A stretch of 52,677 nucleotides of DNA from Octopus bimaculoides. Its lineage: Eukaryota. Under the pieces are notes generated by a model. The model did no database searches. It had not been told where the DNA came from and saw nothing but the letters and a program-made list of their open reading frames with translations. Shown one piece after another: positions 38,670 through 52,403 of this stretch. Location: NCBI RefSeq assembly GCF_001194135.2, contig NC_068984.1, positions 27,896,887 through 27,949,563 of the forward strand. Direction: 5' to 3'. Positions within the stretch are counted from its first letter, which is position 1, and every line of letters starts with the position of its first letter. The position numbers and the translations under genes are program-made.

Positions 38670-38863
38670 TAGTATGCTTTACAAAATGCTACTAAGCATT
38701 GTTTCCATCTTCATGTTCTGAGTTCAAATTCTGCCAAAGTTGACTTCCCTTTAATTCTTTCAGGGTTGATGAAATAAGTACAAGTTGTGCACTGGGGTTG
38801 ATGTAATCAACTATCTCCATCACCCTAAATTTCAAGTCTTATGCCTCTAATGAAAAGTATTAT
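38670..38863 (+). mobile_element. SINE family A, CpG-decayed copy
   Basis: ctgagttcaaattctgccaaagttgacttcc...gggttgatgaaataagtacaagttgtgcactggggttgatgtaatcaact. Confidence 0.8.
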
Positions 38864-41262
38864 TTAGCTCAGCTAATACCAAACTCATCCTATTTAATGA
38901 TTTACATTATTTTTTACATTTGCTTTGCTGAAATTGGTCTTTCTACAACTAACTGCTCAGATTTGAAGTAGAATTGAAACTTGCTTTTGCTTGGCAGTAG
39001 ATTAGCATCAAACCAAAAAACAAATTGTTGTTGTATGATTTTTAATTTTTCATTATGTGATCCATTGTCTAATCACTGAACTTTACTATAGAGTGTGTTA
39101 TAGAGTAGAATTAATTCATGCTAGAATGTTATAACTGATCCCTGAAGTAAAGATATGATGATGATATGAAGGTCAGAGAGTGTGTCCCAAAATATATAAC
39201 ACAACAGCCCACCCAGATGCTTCTGATCAATGGCTGTTGTTTAGCTTCCTGTCAGTCTTGATTAAGCCAAACTGTTTCAAATGGTATTCAAGCCATGATC
39301 AATCCATCTTTATTTTCAGTCATAGTATACTCCAGACTGCATTATCCAAAGTATCTTTATCCCAAATAAGCAACAGCTGTTTGGAGAGTATTTGCTGCTA
39401 TTTCTAGCGTCTTGAGTAACCATTTAGAATTTTCCTCAGTGACAGGTAGAACACTTAAGTGGGCAGCTTTGCCAGAGTATTCACTTGACAGATATTGTTG
39501 TGGGATTTATGTTTAGAGCAACAAATTTATTGTTATGGAAGTTTGCAATATTAACATACCATTTATGTTTGAAATAAAGTAAAAGCTCTCCTAAAAATCA
39601 TGTTATATGTAAAGTGAATTGTGATGATTAAGTAGGTGTTTAGCTGAGGTTATGTCTATCCGTGCAAAAAATATTGAAAGAGAATAGTTTGCATGGTTTT
39701 AACCATATATATGTTGTCCAACTAAAAACATGTGGTCTAATTTTACAAATATACTAATATTTTGCTCATTTTATATTTGAATGTTTAGTTAGTGTTAGAT
39801 TTTGAAATAATTACTTTTGATGATGTTGGCAACCCATGGGAATAAAGAAATTGAATGTGAAAGAAATAAATCAATACAAAACTGTGATTTTTCGTTTCTG
39901 AATTTATTTCCTATATCAATTACAAATTCTTATAAATTTTGTAGGTTAACTACAATTTCTTACATTTGTATTTCCCCTGTCAGTTCTCATCAGCTATATT
40001 CACACCCATAAAAGCTTAAGCTTAAGCTAAGAGAATTTAATTCCAAAGACTCACTTCAAATATTTGCTGATAAAATAAATAATTAAAGAAATGTGTAGTA
40101 GCAAACTGGTTCTACAGAAAAATAAATACGAAAAAGATGAATTTTCTTTATCCTACATAAAAGTGTGATAAATATAGCCCAGTGTTAAACCTGGAGTCAG
40201 AGTTGTCATATTTACGAGATACTACAAAACAGAATCTTCTTTCGCACTTTTAGATAGGTTTTGAAGAAGTGAGAAACAGCTTTGCATTATACATATATTT
40301 ATGACTATATTCCTTGAAAATAAGATATATAAAAGAAAGCACTACAAGGTACTCAAACATTATGACACTGTAATGGTGAACTTGTAATACTATTTGAAAA
40401 ACAAATGAAACATGTCAAAGGTCTGATGCAATCTCTTTTTACCAGGTTTCACGATTCAGAGCTACAAGGGGTTAATTGGCTTGGTTTTAGAAGTTAATTG
40501 GAAAGTTAATTGAAACCATATTGCTGCTGTGTCATCATTCTATCATCATCAATATCGTTTTCAGTTCTACTAGAAGTGTCAGTAACTATAATTTTCACTT
40601 CAACTAATATGAACTTATATGGACACAAAAGCAGCATATAAGAAATACTAGTGGATCTGCTAAAAGGGCAATATTCAAATGATAATTAGTTAACAATATT
40701 AAAGAAAATTTTCTAATGAAGCACTAATTCATCATGAATTATAAAAGAAGCTTGGTGATATTTAATTATAAGAACTGTAACACTTTAAGAATAGAATAAC
40801 TTTACTAATAGTTATTGTAATACTTTAAAAATAAATTAAATATTAACTGACAATGCATGAATTCTCATGAATTTTAACAGAAGCTATGTGACATTTACCT
40901 AATTGTAGTGTATAGACATCAGAATAGACATCAAAACTTCAAGTACTAAGTTAGGTTTAGGAAACAAAAATAGACTTAGACAGTTACATTACAGAAGACT
41001 TCTATTGATTATTTAAGATATCTATTTGCTTTTGGGGCATAACTTTTTAGTTGTGTCTTACTTTTCAGTCAAAAGCAACCATTTGTTCTTCTAGTGTGGA
41101 CAATCTAAGAACCAGTCACAAATTTTGCTCAAGTTAATCAGCTGTTTTCACCACAAAAAGGGTTTGGGCCATTTATATGTTAGAAATCATTATTATCAAT
41201 AAATCATAGCAAAGAAATCACAGTTAAAATACAAAAATCATTTATTTCTATTACTGTTGTTG

Positions 41263-41400
41263 CTTTGAGTTTAAGTCTTACCAAGTTCATCTTTGCCTTC
41301 ATTTTTTTCAGTTCGATAAAGTAAAGTATCAGTCATGTACTAGGGTCAACTTAATTGACTATTTCTCTCCGTCAAACTCTCTAAACTTAATGCCTTATGT
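41263..41400 (+). mobile_element. SINE family A, old fragment
   Basis: ctttgccttc...gataaagtaaagtatcagtcatgtactagggtcaacttaattgact. Confidence 0.6.
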
Positions 41401-41872
41401 AAGGCATTACATTAAAGTCAATATTGTTTTACAAAAGCATATATTTTTAAGTGAGAAATAACATTTAAGTAATTAATGTAACAAACTAATTAAGAGACTA
41501 GAAGCTCATATCCTGTCATTAACAACACATTTTTTTTATAGAAAAGATACTTAATAGTAAAATGGTTCAGTTCACTAGGTCAAAAGTAGGTTGCATAGTG
41601 TAAGGAAGGATTTTGGTGCTGTAACAGCAGTAGAGCTGACAAGAGGTTTGTTAAGCACCAAGAAGAAACATCTCATATAATATTCTGTTTCCCAGAATCT
41701 GGGGAAAAGATTTTATGAGTCTATGGCCCCAGCAGGGCCTTTTTACACACACATGCATATATATGTAAAGGATCATATATATATATATATATATGTGAAA
41801 AGGGTTAAATACACACATACATACACATATATAAATACATATCTATATGTAAAGGATCAAATATATATATAC

Positions 41873-41910
<38 letters not shown>

Positions 41911-42010
41911 NNNNNNNNNNNNNNNNNNNNNNNNNNNNNNNNNNNNNNNNNNNNNNNNNNNNNNNNNNNNNNNNNNNNNNNNNNNNNNNNNNNNNNNNNN
42001 NNNNNNNNNN

Positions 42011-42058
42011 TAGGATTTTGGTTTTAGCTAGGTTGACTCTAAGGCCCTTCAATTCTAA
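42011..42058 (-). mobile_element. RTE LINE RT fragment at a gap edge
   Basis: LELKGLRVNLAKTKIL matches the post-YADD GL.VN..KTK motif of non-LTR RTs. Confidence 0.7.
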
Positions 42059-42120
42059 TGTATGTATGTAGGTATGTATATAAATATATGTATGTATGGA
42101 TGGCCATTGTTTTTCTCCAG

Positions 42121-42152
42121 CAAAATAAAATTGTGGCTATCCATACATACAG
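42121..42152 (+). CDS. Candidate small exon (32 nt)
   Basis: Strong acceptor gtttttctccag| and donor CAG|GTAGGT. Open frames QNKIVAIHTY or KIKLWLSIHT. No homology recognised. Confidence 0.25.
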
Positions 42153-42289
42153 GTAGGTCCTTTAAGGCCATGCCTCCCACTCTCTCTCGCTCTCTCTCTG
42201 TGTCAGCTGAGAAGTCTTTGTCTTGCAAACTTGCTGTGTCACATAAAAAGCACTCATGCTGACAACATGTAAAGCGTACTCTCATTAGC

Positions 42290-42522
42290 ACCACCTGAAG
42301 TGCACTTGTGCCGGCACCACATAAAGTGCACCCATGCTGGTGCCATGTAAAAGCACTCATGTCAGTACCAAGTAACAAGCATCCAGTACACCGTAAAGTG
42401 GGGAGGGTTTCCAGCCACAGAAACCATGCTTATAACAGACAATTTGAGCACGGACAGCTCTCTGGCTGGCTAGCTCCTGCCAAACTGTCCAGCCCATACC
42501 AGCGTGGAAAACGGATGTCAAA
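42290..42522 (+). mobile_element. RTE-type 3' tail (LINE 3' UTR or tail-sharing SINE)
   Basis: gtaaaagcac...cagtacaccgtaaagtgg...ccagcgtggaaaacggatgtcaaatgatgatg is similar to 45590-45827. Confidence 0.75.
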
Positions 42523-42525
42523 TGA

Positions 42526-42556
<31 letters not shown>

Positions 42557-42741
42557 TTTGGTGGTGGTGGTTTTGGTGGTGGTGGACTTGGTGGTGGTGG
42601 TGATGATGATGACGATGATGATGATGACGACGACGATGATGATGATGATGATGACGATGATGATGACGATGATGATGATGATGACGACGTTGACGATGAC
42701 GATGATGATGGCGAAGATGATGATGATGATGATGATGGTGG

Positions 42742-42780
<39 letters not shown>

Positions 42781-42896
42781 CGATGATGATGATGATGATG
42801 ACGATGATGATGACGATGATGATGATGATGAGGACGATGACGATGACGATGATGATGGCAAAGATGTTGATGGCAATGATGATGATGATGTTGATG
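42523..42896. repeat. (GAT/GAC/GGT)n trinucleotide expansion
   Basis: About 370 bp directly continuing the (GAT)n tail of the upstream retroposon. Confidence 0.95.
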
Positions 42897-44285
42897 TATA
42901 ATTCCAACTATACACATGATAGATTGCACCAGCACCAATGCTGCCGTTGCCCACACACTGTACAATCACGAGAATCTTTCGAAATCCTACCCATTAGTCA
43001 CTATTAATATTATGTCCAATAATAAACAGTGATTATGATGAAGATTATNNNNNNNNNNNNNNNNNNNNNNNNNNNNNNNNNNNNNNNNNNNNNNNNNNNN
43101 NNNNNNNNNNNNNNNNNNNNNNNNNNNNNNNNNNNNNNNNNNNNNNNNNNNNNNNNNNNNNNNNNNNNNNNNNNNNNNNNNNNNNNNNNNNNNNNNNNNN
43201 NNNNNNNNNNNNNNNNNNNNNNNNNNNNNNNNNNNNNNNNNNNNNNNNNNNNNNNNNNNNNNNNNNNNNNNNNNNNNNNNNNNNNNNNNNNNNNNNNNNN
43301 NNNNNNNNNNNNNNNNNNNNNNNNNNNNNNNNNNNNNNNNNNNNNNNNNNNNNNNNNNNNNNNNNNNNNNNNNNNNNNNNNNNNNNNNNNNNNNNNNNNN
43401 NNNNNNNNNNNNNNNNNNNNNNNNNNNNNNNNNNNNNNNNNNNNNNNNNNNNNNNNNNNNNNNNNNNNNNNNNNNNNNNNNNNNNNNNNNNNNNNNNNNN
43501 NNNNNNNNNNNNNNNNNNNNNNNNNNNNNNNNNNNNNNNNNNNNNNNNNNNNNNNNNNNNNNNNNNNNNNNNNNNNNNNNNNNNNNNNNNNNNNNNNNNN
43601 NNNNNNNNNNNNNNNNNNNNNNNNNNNNNNNNNNNNNNNNNNNNNNNNNNNNNNNNNNNNNNNNNNNNNNNNNNNNNNNNNNNNNNNNNNNNNNNNNNNN
43701 NNNNNNNNNNNNNNNNNNNNNNNNNNNNNNNNNNNNNNNNNNNNNNNNNNNNNNNNNNNNNNNNNNNNNNNNNNNNNNNNNNNNNNNNNNNNNNNNNNNN
43801 NNNNNNNNNNNNNNACCACCACCACCACCACCACCACCTCCGCCACCACCGCAACTACCACAACCTCCACAATCACCATCATTATCTTCATCATCATCAT
43901 CATTATCATCATCAGTACCAGCCCCATTTTCGTCATTGTCATCAAGATTGTTTACTAATAATGTCTGGTTTTGATGTTTGTTCAATTTGATGGTTGTCAG
44001 TGTAGCTGATTGTTTGTATGGCGGTGTTGCTGGTATTAGTCGGTGTGTGTTGTTTTTGGTGGCTTGTTTGCTTCTATCTAACAACCAATGACGTTGTAGC
44101 CATTATTTATTGTTCTAGACAGCGCTCAGGGCCAAAAACTAGTCAGAAATCCTTCTGATGAACTAATTTGACAAATAATAGTAACTCATCAACTTGTTTT
44201 TATTTTTCTGTTTCTTTGGATTCCTTGGTTTATTTCCTTGTGTGTGCATGTACATGTAAAACTATATCTATCTATCTATCTATCC

Positions 44286-44316
<31 letters not shown>

Positions 44317-44811
44317 NNNNNNNNNNNNNNNNNNNNNNNNNNNNNNNNNNNNNNNNNNNNNNNNNNNNNNNNNNNNNNNNNNNNNNNNNNNNNNNNNNNN
44401 NNNNNNNNNNNNNNNNNNNNNNNNNNNNNNNNNNNNNNNNNNNNNNNNNNNNNNNNNNNNNNNNNNNNNNNNNNNNNNNNNNNNNNNNNNNNNNNNNNNN
44501 NNNNNNNNNNNNNNNNNNNNNNNNNNNNNNNNNNNNNNNNNNNNNNNNNNNNNNNNNNNNNNNNNNNNNNNNNNNNNNNNNNNNNNNNNNNNNNNNNNNN
44601 NNNNNNNNNNNNNNNNNNNNNNNNNNNNNNNNNNNNNNNNNNNNNNNNNNNNNNNNNNNNNNNNNNNNNNNNNNNNNNNNNNNNNNNNNNNNNNNNNNNN
44701 NNNNNNNNNNNNNNNNNNNNNNNNNNNNNNNNNNNNNNNNNNNNNNNNNNNNNNNNNNNNNNNNNNNNNNNNNNNNNNNNNNNNNNNNNNNNNNNNNNNN
44801 NNNNGCTGTTC

Positions 44812-44960
44812 ATAGGCGTAGGAGTGGCTGTGTGGTAAGTAGGTTGCTTACCAACCACATGGTTCCGGGTTCAGTCCCACTGCTACTACTACTATAGCCT
44901 CAGGCCGACGAAAGCCTTCTGAGTGGATTTGGTAGATGGAAACTGGAAGAAGCCCATCGT
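44812..44960 (+). mobile_element. SINE family B with an internal deletion
   Basis: aggcgtaggagtggctgtgtggtaag...ccgggttcagtcccactg...ctatagcctcaggccgac...ggatttggtagatggaaactg. The accttgggcaag segment is missing. Confidence 0.88.
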
Positions 44961-45046
44961 ACATATATATATATATATATATACACAGCCACGTCAGCAA
45001 TTTTGGTTTGTTTACACTTGCCTCAACAGGTCATCGCAACCAAAGG

Positions 45047-45079
<33 letters not shown>

Positions 45080-45084
<5 letters not shown>

Positions 45085-45790
45085 AGTAAAAGGAAAATCG
45101 TTTGATGCATGTATACAAACAGCAATTCTACATGGTGGTGAGACATGGGCCATGAATGCAGAGGACATGCAAAGGCTAGAGAAGAAGGAGGCTTTTATTC
45201 TGTGCTGCATGTATAATGTAAGCGTATGTGTTCTCTACAGAGTGCAAGTGTATTGCAGGAGAAGTTGGACATAAGAGGAATTAGATGCAGTGAACAAAAG
45301 AGAAAACCGTGCATGTTTGCTAATGTGATGCAAAAGGAGGTCGACAGCTCCATAAAGAGGTGCTGATCACTCAAAGTGGATGGAACTTGTGGCAAACATG
45401 GGTCAAATTACTGAAGGACAACCTCAGGATACTGAACCTTACAGAGATGACAAAAAACTGAGATAGCTGGTGCTTTGCTGTACTCAAGAAAACCTGTCCT
45501 CCACAGCAGAAGTGTTAATGCTGCTCCCCACGATGAAAGGGATTGGCCTGTAAGAGACCTGTGCCAGTGTCATGTAAAAAGCACTTGTACTAGTGCCATG
45601 TCAGGGTGCTCATGCCAGTGCCACATTAAAAGTACCCAGTACACACTGTAAAGTAGGTAGCATTAGGAAGGGCATCCAGCCATTGACACCAAGCCAAAGC
45701 AGACTGGGACCTGGTGCAGTTCTTCGGCTTGCCAGCTTTGATCAAAATGTCCAACTCTTGCCAGCATGGAAAACAGACATTAAAGGATTG

Positions 45791-45827
<37 letters not shown>
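45080..45827 (+). mobile_element. RTE LINE 3' end with (GAT)n tail
   Basis: LRVKGKSFDACIQTAILHGGETWAMNAEDMQRLE..., LQEKLDIRGIRC, then a 3' UTR ending ccagcatggaaaacagacattaaa and (gat)n. Confidence 0.88.
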
Positions 45828-45828
<1 letters not shown>

Positions 45829-46125
45829 ATATAAATATGTGTGTCTGTGTGTTGTGTGCGTGCGTATGCATATGAATTGTTTGAAAAAATGTACAGGTTT
45901 TATATATGAATATAAAGAGGTAGCCAAGATTTTGGATAAAAATATTTATTTAGTGCTTTCATCTCTTTTGAGAGATTCACCATGAATCTCTCAAAAGAGA
46001 TGAAAGCACTAACTAAATAATTTTTATCCAAATTCCTGGCTACCTCCTTTTTCTTAAGATATATATATATATTTGGTGGGTGGGGTGTCTCTATGTGTGT
46101 GTGCATATATATATATATATATATA

Positions 46126-46521
46126 TTCTTTTATTCTTTTATTGGTTTCAGGACTTATTCTTTGTAAGCCTAGTACTTATTCTATCAATTTCTTTTGGCG
46201 AACTGCTAAGTTACGGGGACTTTAACACACCAACATCAGTTGTCAAGTGATGGTAGGAGGACAAACACAGACACACAAATAAAATATATATATATACATA
46301 TATATATATATCTATATACATATANNNNNNNNNNNNNNNNNNNNNNNNNNNNNNNNATATATATGTGACAGGCTTCTTTCAGTTTCCATATACCAGATCC
46401 ACTCACAAGGCATTGGTTGGCCCAAGGCTATAGTAGAAGACACTTGCCCAAGGTGCCACGCAGTGGGTTTGAACCTGAAACTATGTGGTTGCTAAGCAAG
46501 CTACTTACCAATCCTGCACTT
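46126..46521 (-). mobile_element. SINE family B with its 3' part interrupted by a microsatellite/gap
   Basis: Head/core ctatagtagaagacacttgcccaaggtgccacgcagtggg at 46365-46521. Probable 3' part (gacttattctttgtaagcctagtac...gacaaacacagacac) at 46126-46280. Confidence 0.75.
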
Positions 46522-46525
46522 ATAG

Positions 46526-46564
<39 letters not shown>

Positions 46565-49500
46565 TATATACACAGAGAAAAAGAAAGAGAGGCAGAATGT
46601 CAGGTATTGATCACAAAAATGTATGACTTAGGTAGTATGTAGCCTCCTTTCACTAATTTTAGGTACCTATGTTATCACGAGCACACACAGGGACTGCCTC
46701 AGCTCTTCTACCATTTGATCCTGTATCACACCCAGGATCTGATAACTGGAACCAGAGAGAATGTTGCACCAGTACTTGAATGGTGCACACCTTCAACCAA
46801 GTAAGCTGAAGCAATGCGAAATACTTTGCACAAAGATGCAACATACTGCTTGATTCAGGAATTGAACCCGTGACAATATTGTTGCGAGCCAAACACCCAA
46901 ACCAACAGGTAACATACTCACACACACACTTTCACATATATGCATTTGTATGTTTGTACAGATGGATGGCCGGAAGGCTGGATGGCTGGATGTATGCATG
47001 TACGTACATATTATTGTGCTCCAAGTGCAGCATTGTATTGGAGTGAAATATGAGCATTGAATGGAGAGATGTGTAAAGACTGGAGAGAATTGAAGTAAGC
47101 AGGCCCCACTTTAACATTAGAGTGAATTAATGGCAAGGCACAGACAAGTTAAGAGGAAAACTGTGTAAAGGAGAAATCAGATGTAGTGTGCAAGAGAGAC
47201 GACTGCTTTAGTACCATGACATAAATGCATATATACATACGTATATACATACAGATATACATGCAAATATACATACATATATGCATACATACATGCATAC
47301 AAACATGTATACATACATGCATACTTACATACATTCATACATACCTACAAGCATGCATAAATACAAACATTCATGCATACATACATTCATACATACCTTT
47401 GCATTATAAATTTGTAAGCCATCTGTGTGTGCCCTTTTGGAAATGAATGGAAATGGTTTGTAATGCATAGTGGCAAAGGTGAAGAAAGAGACGGAGATAA
47501 GGAAAGAAAAGAGTGTAGTGGAGAAAGAGAAGAAAAGTGTGTTATATATTTCAGGGAAGAAAATTAGAGGATGATAAAGAGAATTGATGAAGGAGAAAGA
47601 AAGTGAGAGAAAATGATAGAGTAAAGTCAACAGATTAAATTCCACACATGCAAACATACTCATATATACAAATACATCTGCCAGTAGATTATGTCTGAAA
47701 CACAAACACACTCATGCACACACAAACTCAAGTGCACATGCACACTAACTGACACATACACACACATACAAATAAACTGACGCATTTACACACAAATACA
47801 AATTCATGCAAATACGAAAATATATACATCTGTCAACAGACTACCTTTCAGAAACAAATATACAGAAATATATACATCTACCAACACACAGTCATACATG
47901 CCAATTTCAAAACTATTTTTATCTGTCTCTCACAACACTCCAGACAACTGATGTTTATAGTGAAGGACACTCACCCAAAGTAGCATGCAGTGAGATTGAA
48001 CCTAGAACCAAGTGATTATGTGTATAACTGAAGTGATATCTGAGAGAATGGAGTTGTTTCAGAAACGAATATTCTAGACTGCACCATAGTAAATATTCAC
48101 TCGCTAATACACTATAAGGGCATACATCTGAACCAATGAGAGAGCATCTACAGACTTAACATGTGAGAAATAGCTGCCAAATTCCCCTGAAATTATCCCT
48201 TGCCATCTTAAAAAGTCAGCTTATCCAATAAGGTAGGCCTAGATAGACAATTGGAAGAAATGTTATGGTGTTCAATGCTGAACACATTTGGTCATAGATA
48301 GATCTGCCTGATCAGGGCTAACCAGAGGCTAAACAATGACAGCAGTAGCTATGCATACACTGATATGTTCTATTCTCCTTCTGTCTGTTCTATGCCTACT
48401 ATAACAATTACAATTCCCATGAGTTAATAAGTAGCATACCATCCCAATGTACCCACCACCCATTTCCAGTTTCTTCTTCTAAAATACTGCATTAAATGCT
48501 TTTTCTTATCATTTCTACTGCACTCTCTCATTTCTTCTTTACTTGCATTATCTTTTCAATAGAATAGATTGACTCATCAACATATTCATAGCTCCACCCC
48601 ACAAATGTACTTTATCATCAGTCTGGCTTATATTTCTTTTTATTGAAACTTTAGTGGCCTCTGTTCCTCAAAGTTTGCTGGTTTTGTACCACCTCTACCC
48701 AACTCATTTTTCCCTCCTCTACCTCTCACCCATGTTATTCTACTCCTACTTCTCAGGCTATGCACTAACTTCTATATCTGAACCTTCTTCCTCAAAATGT
48801 CATCTCCTTCTAGAACTTTTCCTGTATCCATGTTCTTTCCTACAATCATTGAACTGCAGTGGTTGAGGAACATCAGTCATATTGATCCCTCACCAGTCTC
48901 GAAGTATCTGCAGAGGCTGTGGACAGGACCCATTTCTTTAGACCAGTCCTTTAAAACGTATATAAAATTACAGAATTCAAAATAAACCCCTCTCTGGCAG
49001 TATCTGCCAAGGTTACAGGCACTGTCCATCATTCCCAGACAAAATAATAATGGTGTATCATTTGATAACCTAAGAAAATCATACACGATGAATGAAGCCA
49101 GTCAGCAATTCCTTATGCTACTTGAATTTCTTGAATTTATTTCAGAATATACAAACTACCAGTTTGGAGAGGTTTGCATTTGTATTAGGATTTTACTTTC
49201 TGCTTGGGTTATCAACGTATTGCTTTCCTGATTGCTTTCTATTCAATTCATCAGAATTGACACTAAAACTAGCCTGAAGGAGAGTCTATGAACTCTATAG
49301 ATTGAGTGCTATATAATACTTTTCCTGAGATGTAACCTTTTCAGGATCTACTTAGTCCTTTCAACAAGCTGAAAATTTTGTAAGAAAATACAACATCTAT
49401 ATAAAACAATATATCTACAGTCATTTGTTCACAGGAAAAAGAAAATTCCAAAAACATGAAGCAAGCAGATAAGTAAAAGGTTTTAGCTATAGGAAAATAG

Positions 49501-51815
49501 ATTATTTTTCATTGACTTTCATTATTTTGTGATAACCAAATATGGAAGTCTTACTAAGGGAAATGTTTCTGTCAGTTGTCATGATTGATTGACATTTTGT
49601 GTTTTCTCTTTTCAAAATCAATGTATCCACTTTGGAATGAGCAGATTATTGGTTAATCTCATAGAATTTATCATCATTTACATCTATCTTACATCAAAAA
49701 TATGTTGAATCCTGCTGCAAAGAAAATGTGGTCTCCTTATAGTCTCTAAACAAGAAAGTAGAAGGAAATATATAGCATAAGACAATTGGCTTTTATAGAT
49801 AAATGTGATATAATTCAGAATTGTATTCATCATCCATATTATCTACATCTTCACTTCCACTCACAATCCATAAATCTGTCACAAAATACTACCAACACTA
49901 TCCAGTTCATAACCCTTAGTATCATCATCAGCATCAACAGCACTAACATGAGATTTATTTCATTTAAGATAAGCAGTACTATCAATAGCATTATGGTCAG
50001 GTGAAACAAGCTAAGAAATTTAAACTTCTTTCTCAAAACTAACTATAAACAAAGTATCATAACAGGAATATATATACATATATTCTCTCATTTTCTACAA
50101 CATACAATATTTAAGCATATTATATGGGTTATATTTGATTTAGTCATTTCTTTTTCTTATCAATAATGTTACGCTTGCATAGTCTATTATTTGTATTACA
50201 TTCTAAATTGCTAAAATTCGATCTCTTACATTTACTTCTTGTTTATCTTTGTCTTATCTCTAAGTAGTGAACAGCCATCTCTTATGGTTCATTTATATCT
50301 ATTTGAAATTACCCTTTTATTATCTAATTTTTCTAAATAAGTTTTGAAATACATATAATTCTTTTTAAGCAATATAACTTGTCATACATTAACATTAATT
50401 CTCTCTTAGATATTCATATTTATGAAAGAAAACCGTCATCTTCATCATCATTATAGAGTTCTTTACTTTTTAATGAGAGACCAAGCATGTTTTCATCTGT
50501 TCTTGTCTAATGCAAACTTTAATAGTTTTGTATAGTAACAATTAGTGCTATTATTTATCTAGGCATTCACAACAATACTGGTTTCCTTGGAGATGAATAA
50601 TAGCTTTTTTGTTCAAGTTTTTCCAGACACAATTAGAAGCTGTTTTTTTTAAATTTTGTATGAAGTATACATCCTGCTCGATATTAAATATTTGGTCTTG
50701 CTTTATCTTATGGAAAGCCTATACTACAAAAAACATTGACATAAACACATTACAGAAGACATAAAAAACTTGAAGTAGTTTTACCCTTGTTCCCAATTAT
50801 ATGCTCTCATTACTTCCAAACAAACTCCTTAGCAAGACAAATGAATAATACATAATGTATATCTCATAACTGATATCTCTTAATAGGAACTATAGGTAGA
50901 TACTTCTTACTATTGTAAATCTTCAGAGCAATTTATGTGCATTGTATTCACTTGAAATACTGAATTCAAGTGCTTCTCTAGAAGCGAAACATGATACAAG
51001 TGTTTCCACGGTATTATCCATAAAATTCTGTAGCACTTACATCCAAATGCTGACCAAAAATGAACTGAAATTCTCTGGTACTTAGACTATATACTCAAAA
51101 CTGGGGGAAATTAGAACATCATTTGAAAGATTAGAACTAATCAAAGCTTATACATAAAATGTTAAAGCTAGACGATGACTCAGTAGTTAATGATTTGTAT
51201 AGATAACATTAAGTACAGGTCATTCAGTAACTTAATGGTTCTGTATTTAAATTTAATGCCAATTACGAATGTATATAAAGTTACTTGGTATAATCCCAAA
51301 CATTTGGTAAGTTATCAATGTGTAACGCGTTAATAAGTTTTTATTCAACATCAACAAATTAGTGTCTTTTACCTTTCTTTTTCAAATTCCTTGTCTAGAC
51401 AATGCATAGGAAGTTCAGATCTTGGTATACATAATAGGACTAATGAACACGAGAAGCATGCCAAATTCACTTTGTCAAATGCTCAGTGTAACTATTTATT
51501 TAATGAAAGTTAGCTGCCAAACTAATCCATGTATACTATAAGTCTCCTAACTTGTGGTCAAGAAAATAACTGTAAATTTTAATCATACATTACTTTTACC
51601 ATTCAGGAATAGGAGCATAGTAAAATTTATAAAAGCTTGCCAAATGTCAGATTGAAACCAAGAAATGTATCAGAATAAATGTACAAATAGCAAATAAAAT
51701 ATTTTTACATTAAATCTTAGAATTTAAAATGCTGACTTTCATTTCTGAATATGCCTGAAATATTTAACAAGCCATAGAGCATGTTAGGTATAGGATGCTC
51801 AAATACATAAATATC

Positions 51816-52033
51816 CTTTTCTACTCTAGGCACAAGGCCCGAAATTTTTGGGAAGGGGGGGAGCAGTCAATTAGATTGACCCCAGTACACAACTGGTACT
51901 TAATTTATCGACCCCAAAAGGATGAAAGGTAAAGTCGACCTTGGCGGAATTTGAACTCATAATATAAAGACAGATTAAAATACCACTAAGCATTTCACCC
52001 AGTGTGCTAACGTTTCAGCCAGTTCGCTACCTT
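51816..52033 (-). mobile_element. Full-length SINE family A with 17-bp TSD
   Basis: Collinear with 6877-7089. TSD tcaaata(c/a)ataaatatc at 51799-51815 and 52034-52050. Confidence 0.92.
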
Positions 52034-52403
52034 TCAAATAAATAAATATCATATGGCTTATAATTAAACTACAAGCTTATAGATGATGAAATCTGAATTT
52101 CCTTATCTCATGTTCATCTCCTCATCATCATCGTTTTCATTCCTCACGATCTTTTTTATATGGCATCACTCAGTGCTGAATGAAGAAGCTAGCGTTTTGA
52201 TACTTAAAAATGACCACTGACAAGATTATTGGAACAAACGAGAAAGTTCTAGTAAGAAAAAATTATTCTAACAGTATTTTGTGGCAAAGAGACTCATAAA
52301 TTTATTCTATACGAATACTTTTTCACCCCTAAATATTTATAATTGTATATAAATTCATTAGTTACTATAATTTATTAGTTTCTTTTGCACATTCTTAGTT
52401 TAT

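Noticed and set aside
40251-40265. 15-nt microexon candidate (IGFEE); similar tiny candidates near 37.5 and 38.3 kb
   Set aside because: Expected by chance in AT-rich introns; no supporting evidence.
42308-42965. 197-aa poly-Asp, 202-aa poly-His and related ORFs
   Set aside because: They are translations of the (GAT)n expansion plus a retroposon tail; all frames are open because of the repeat.
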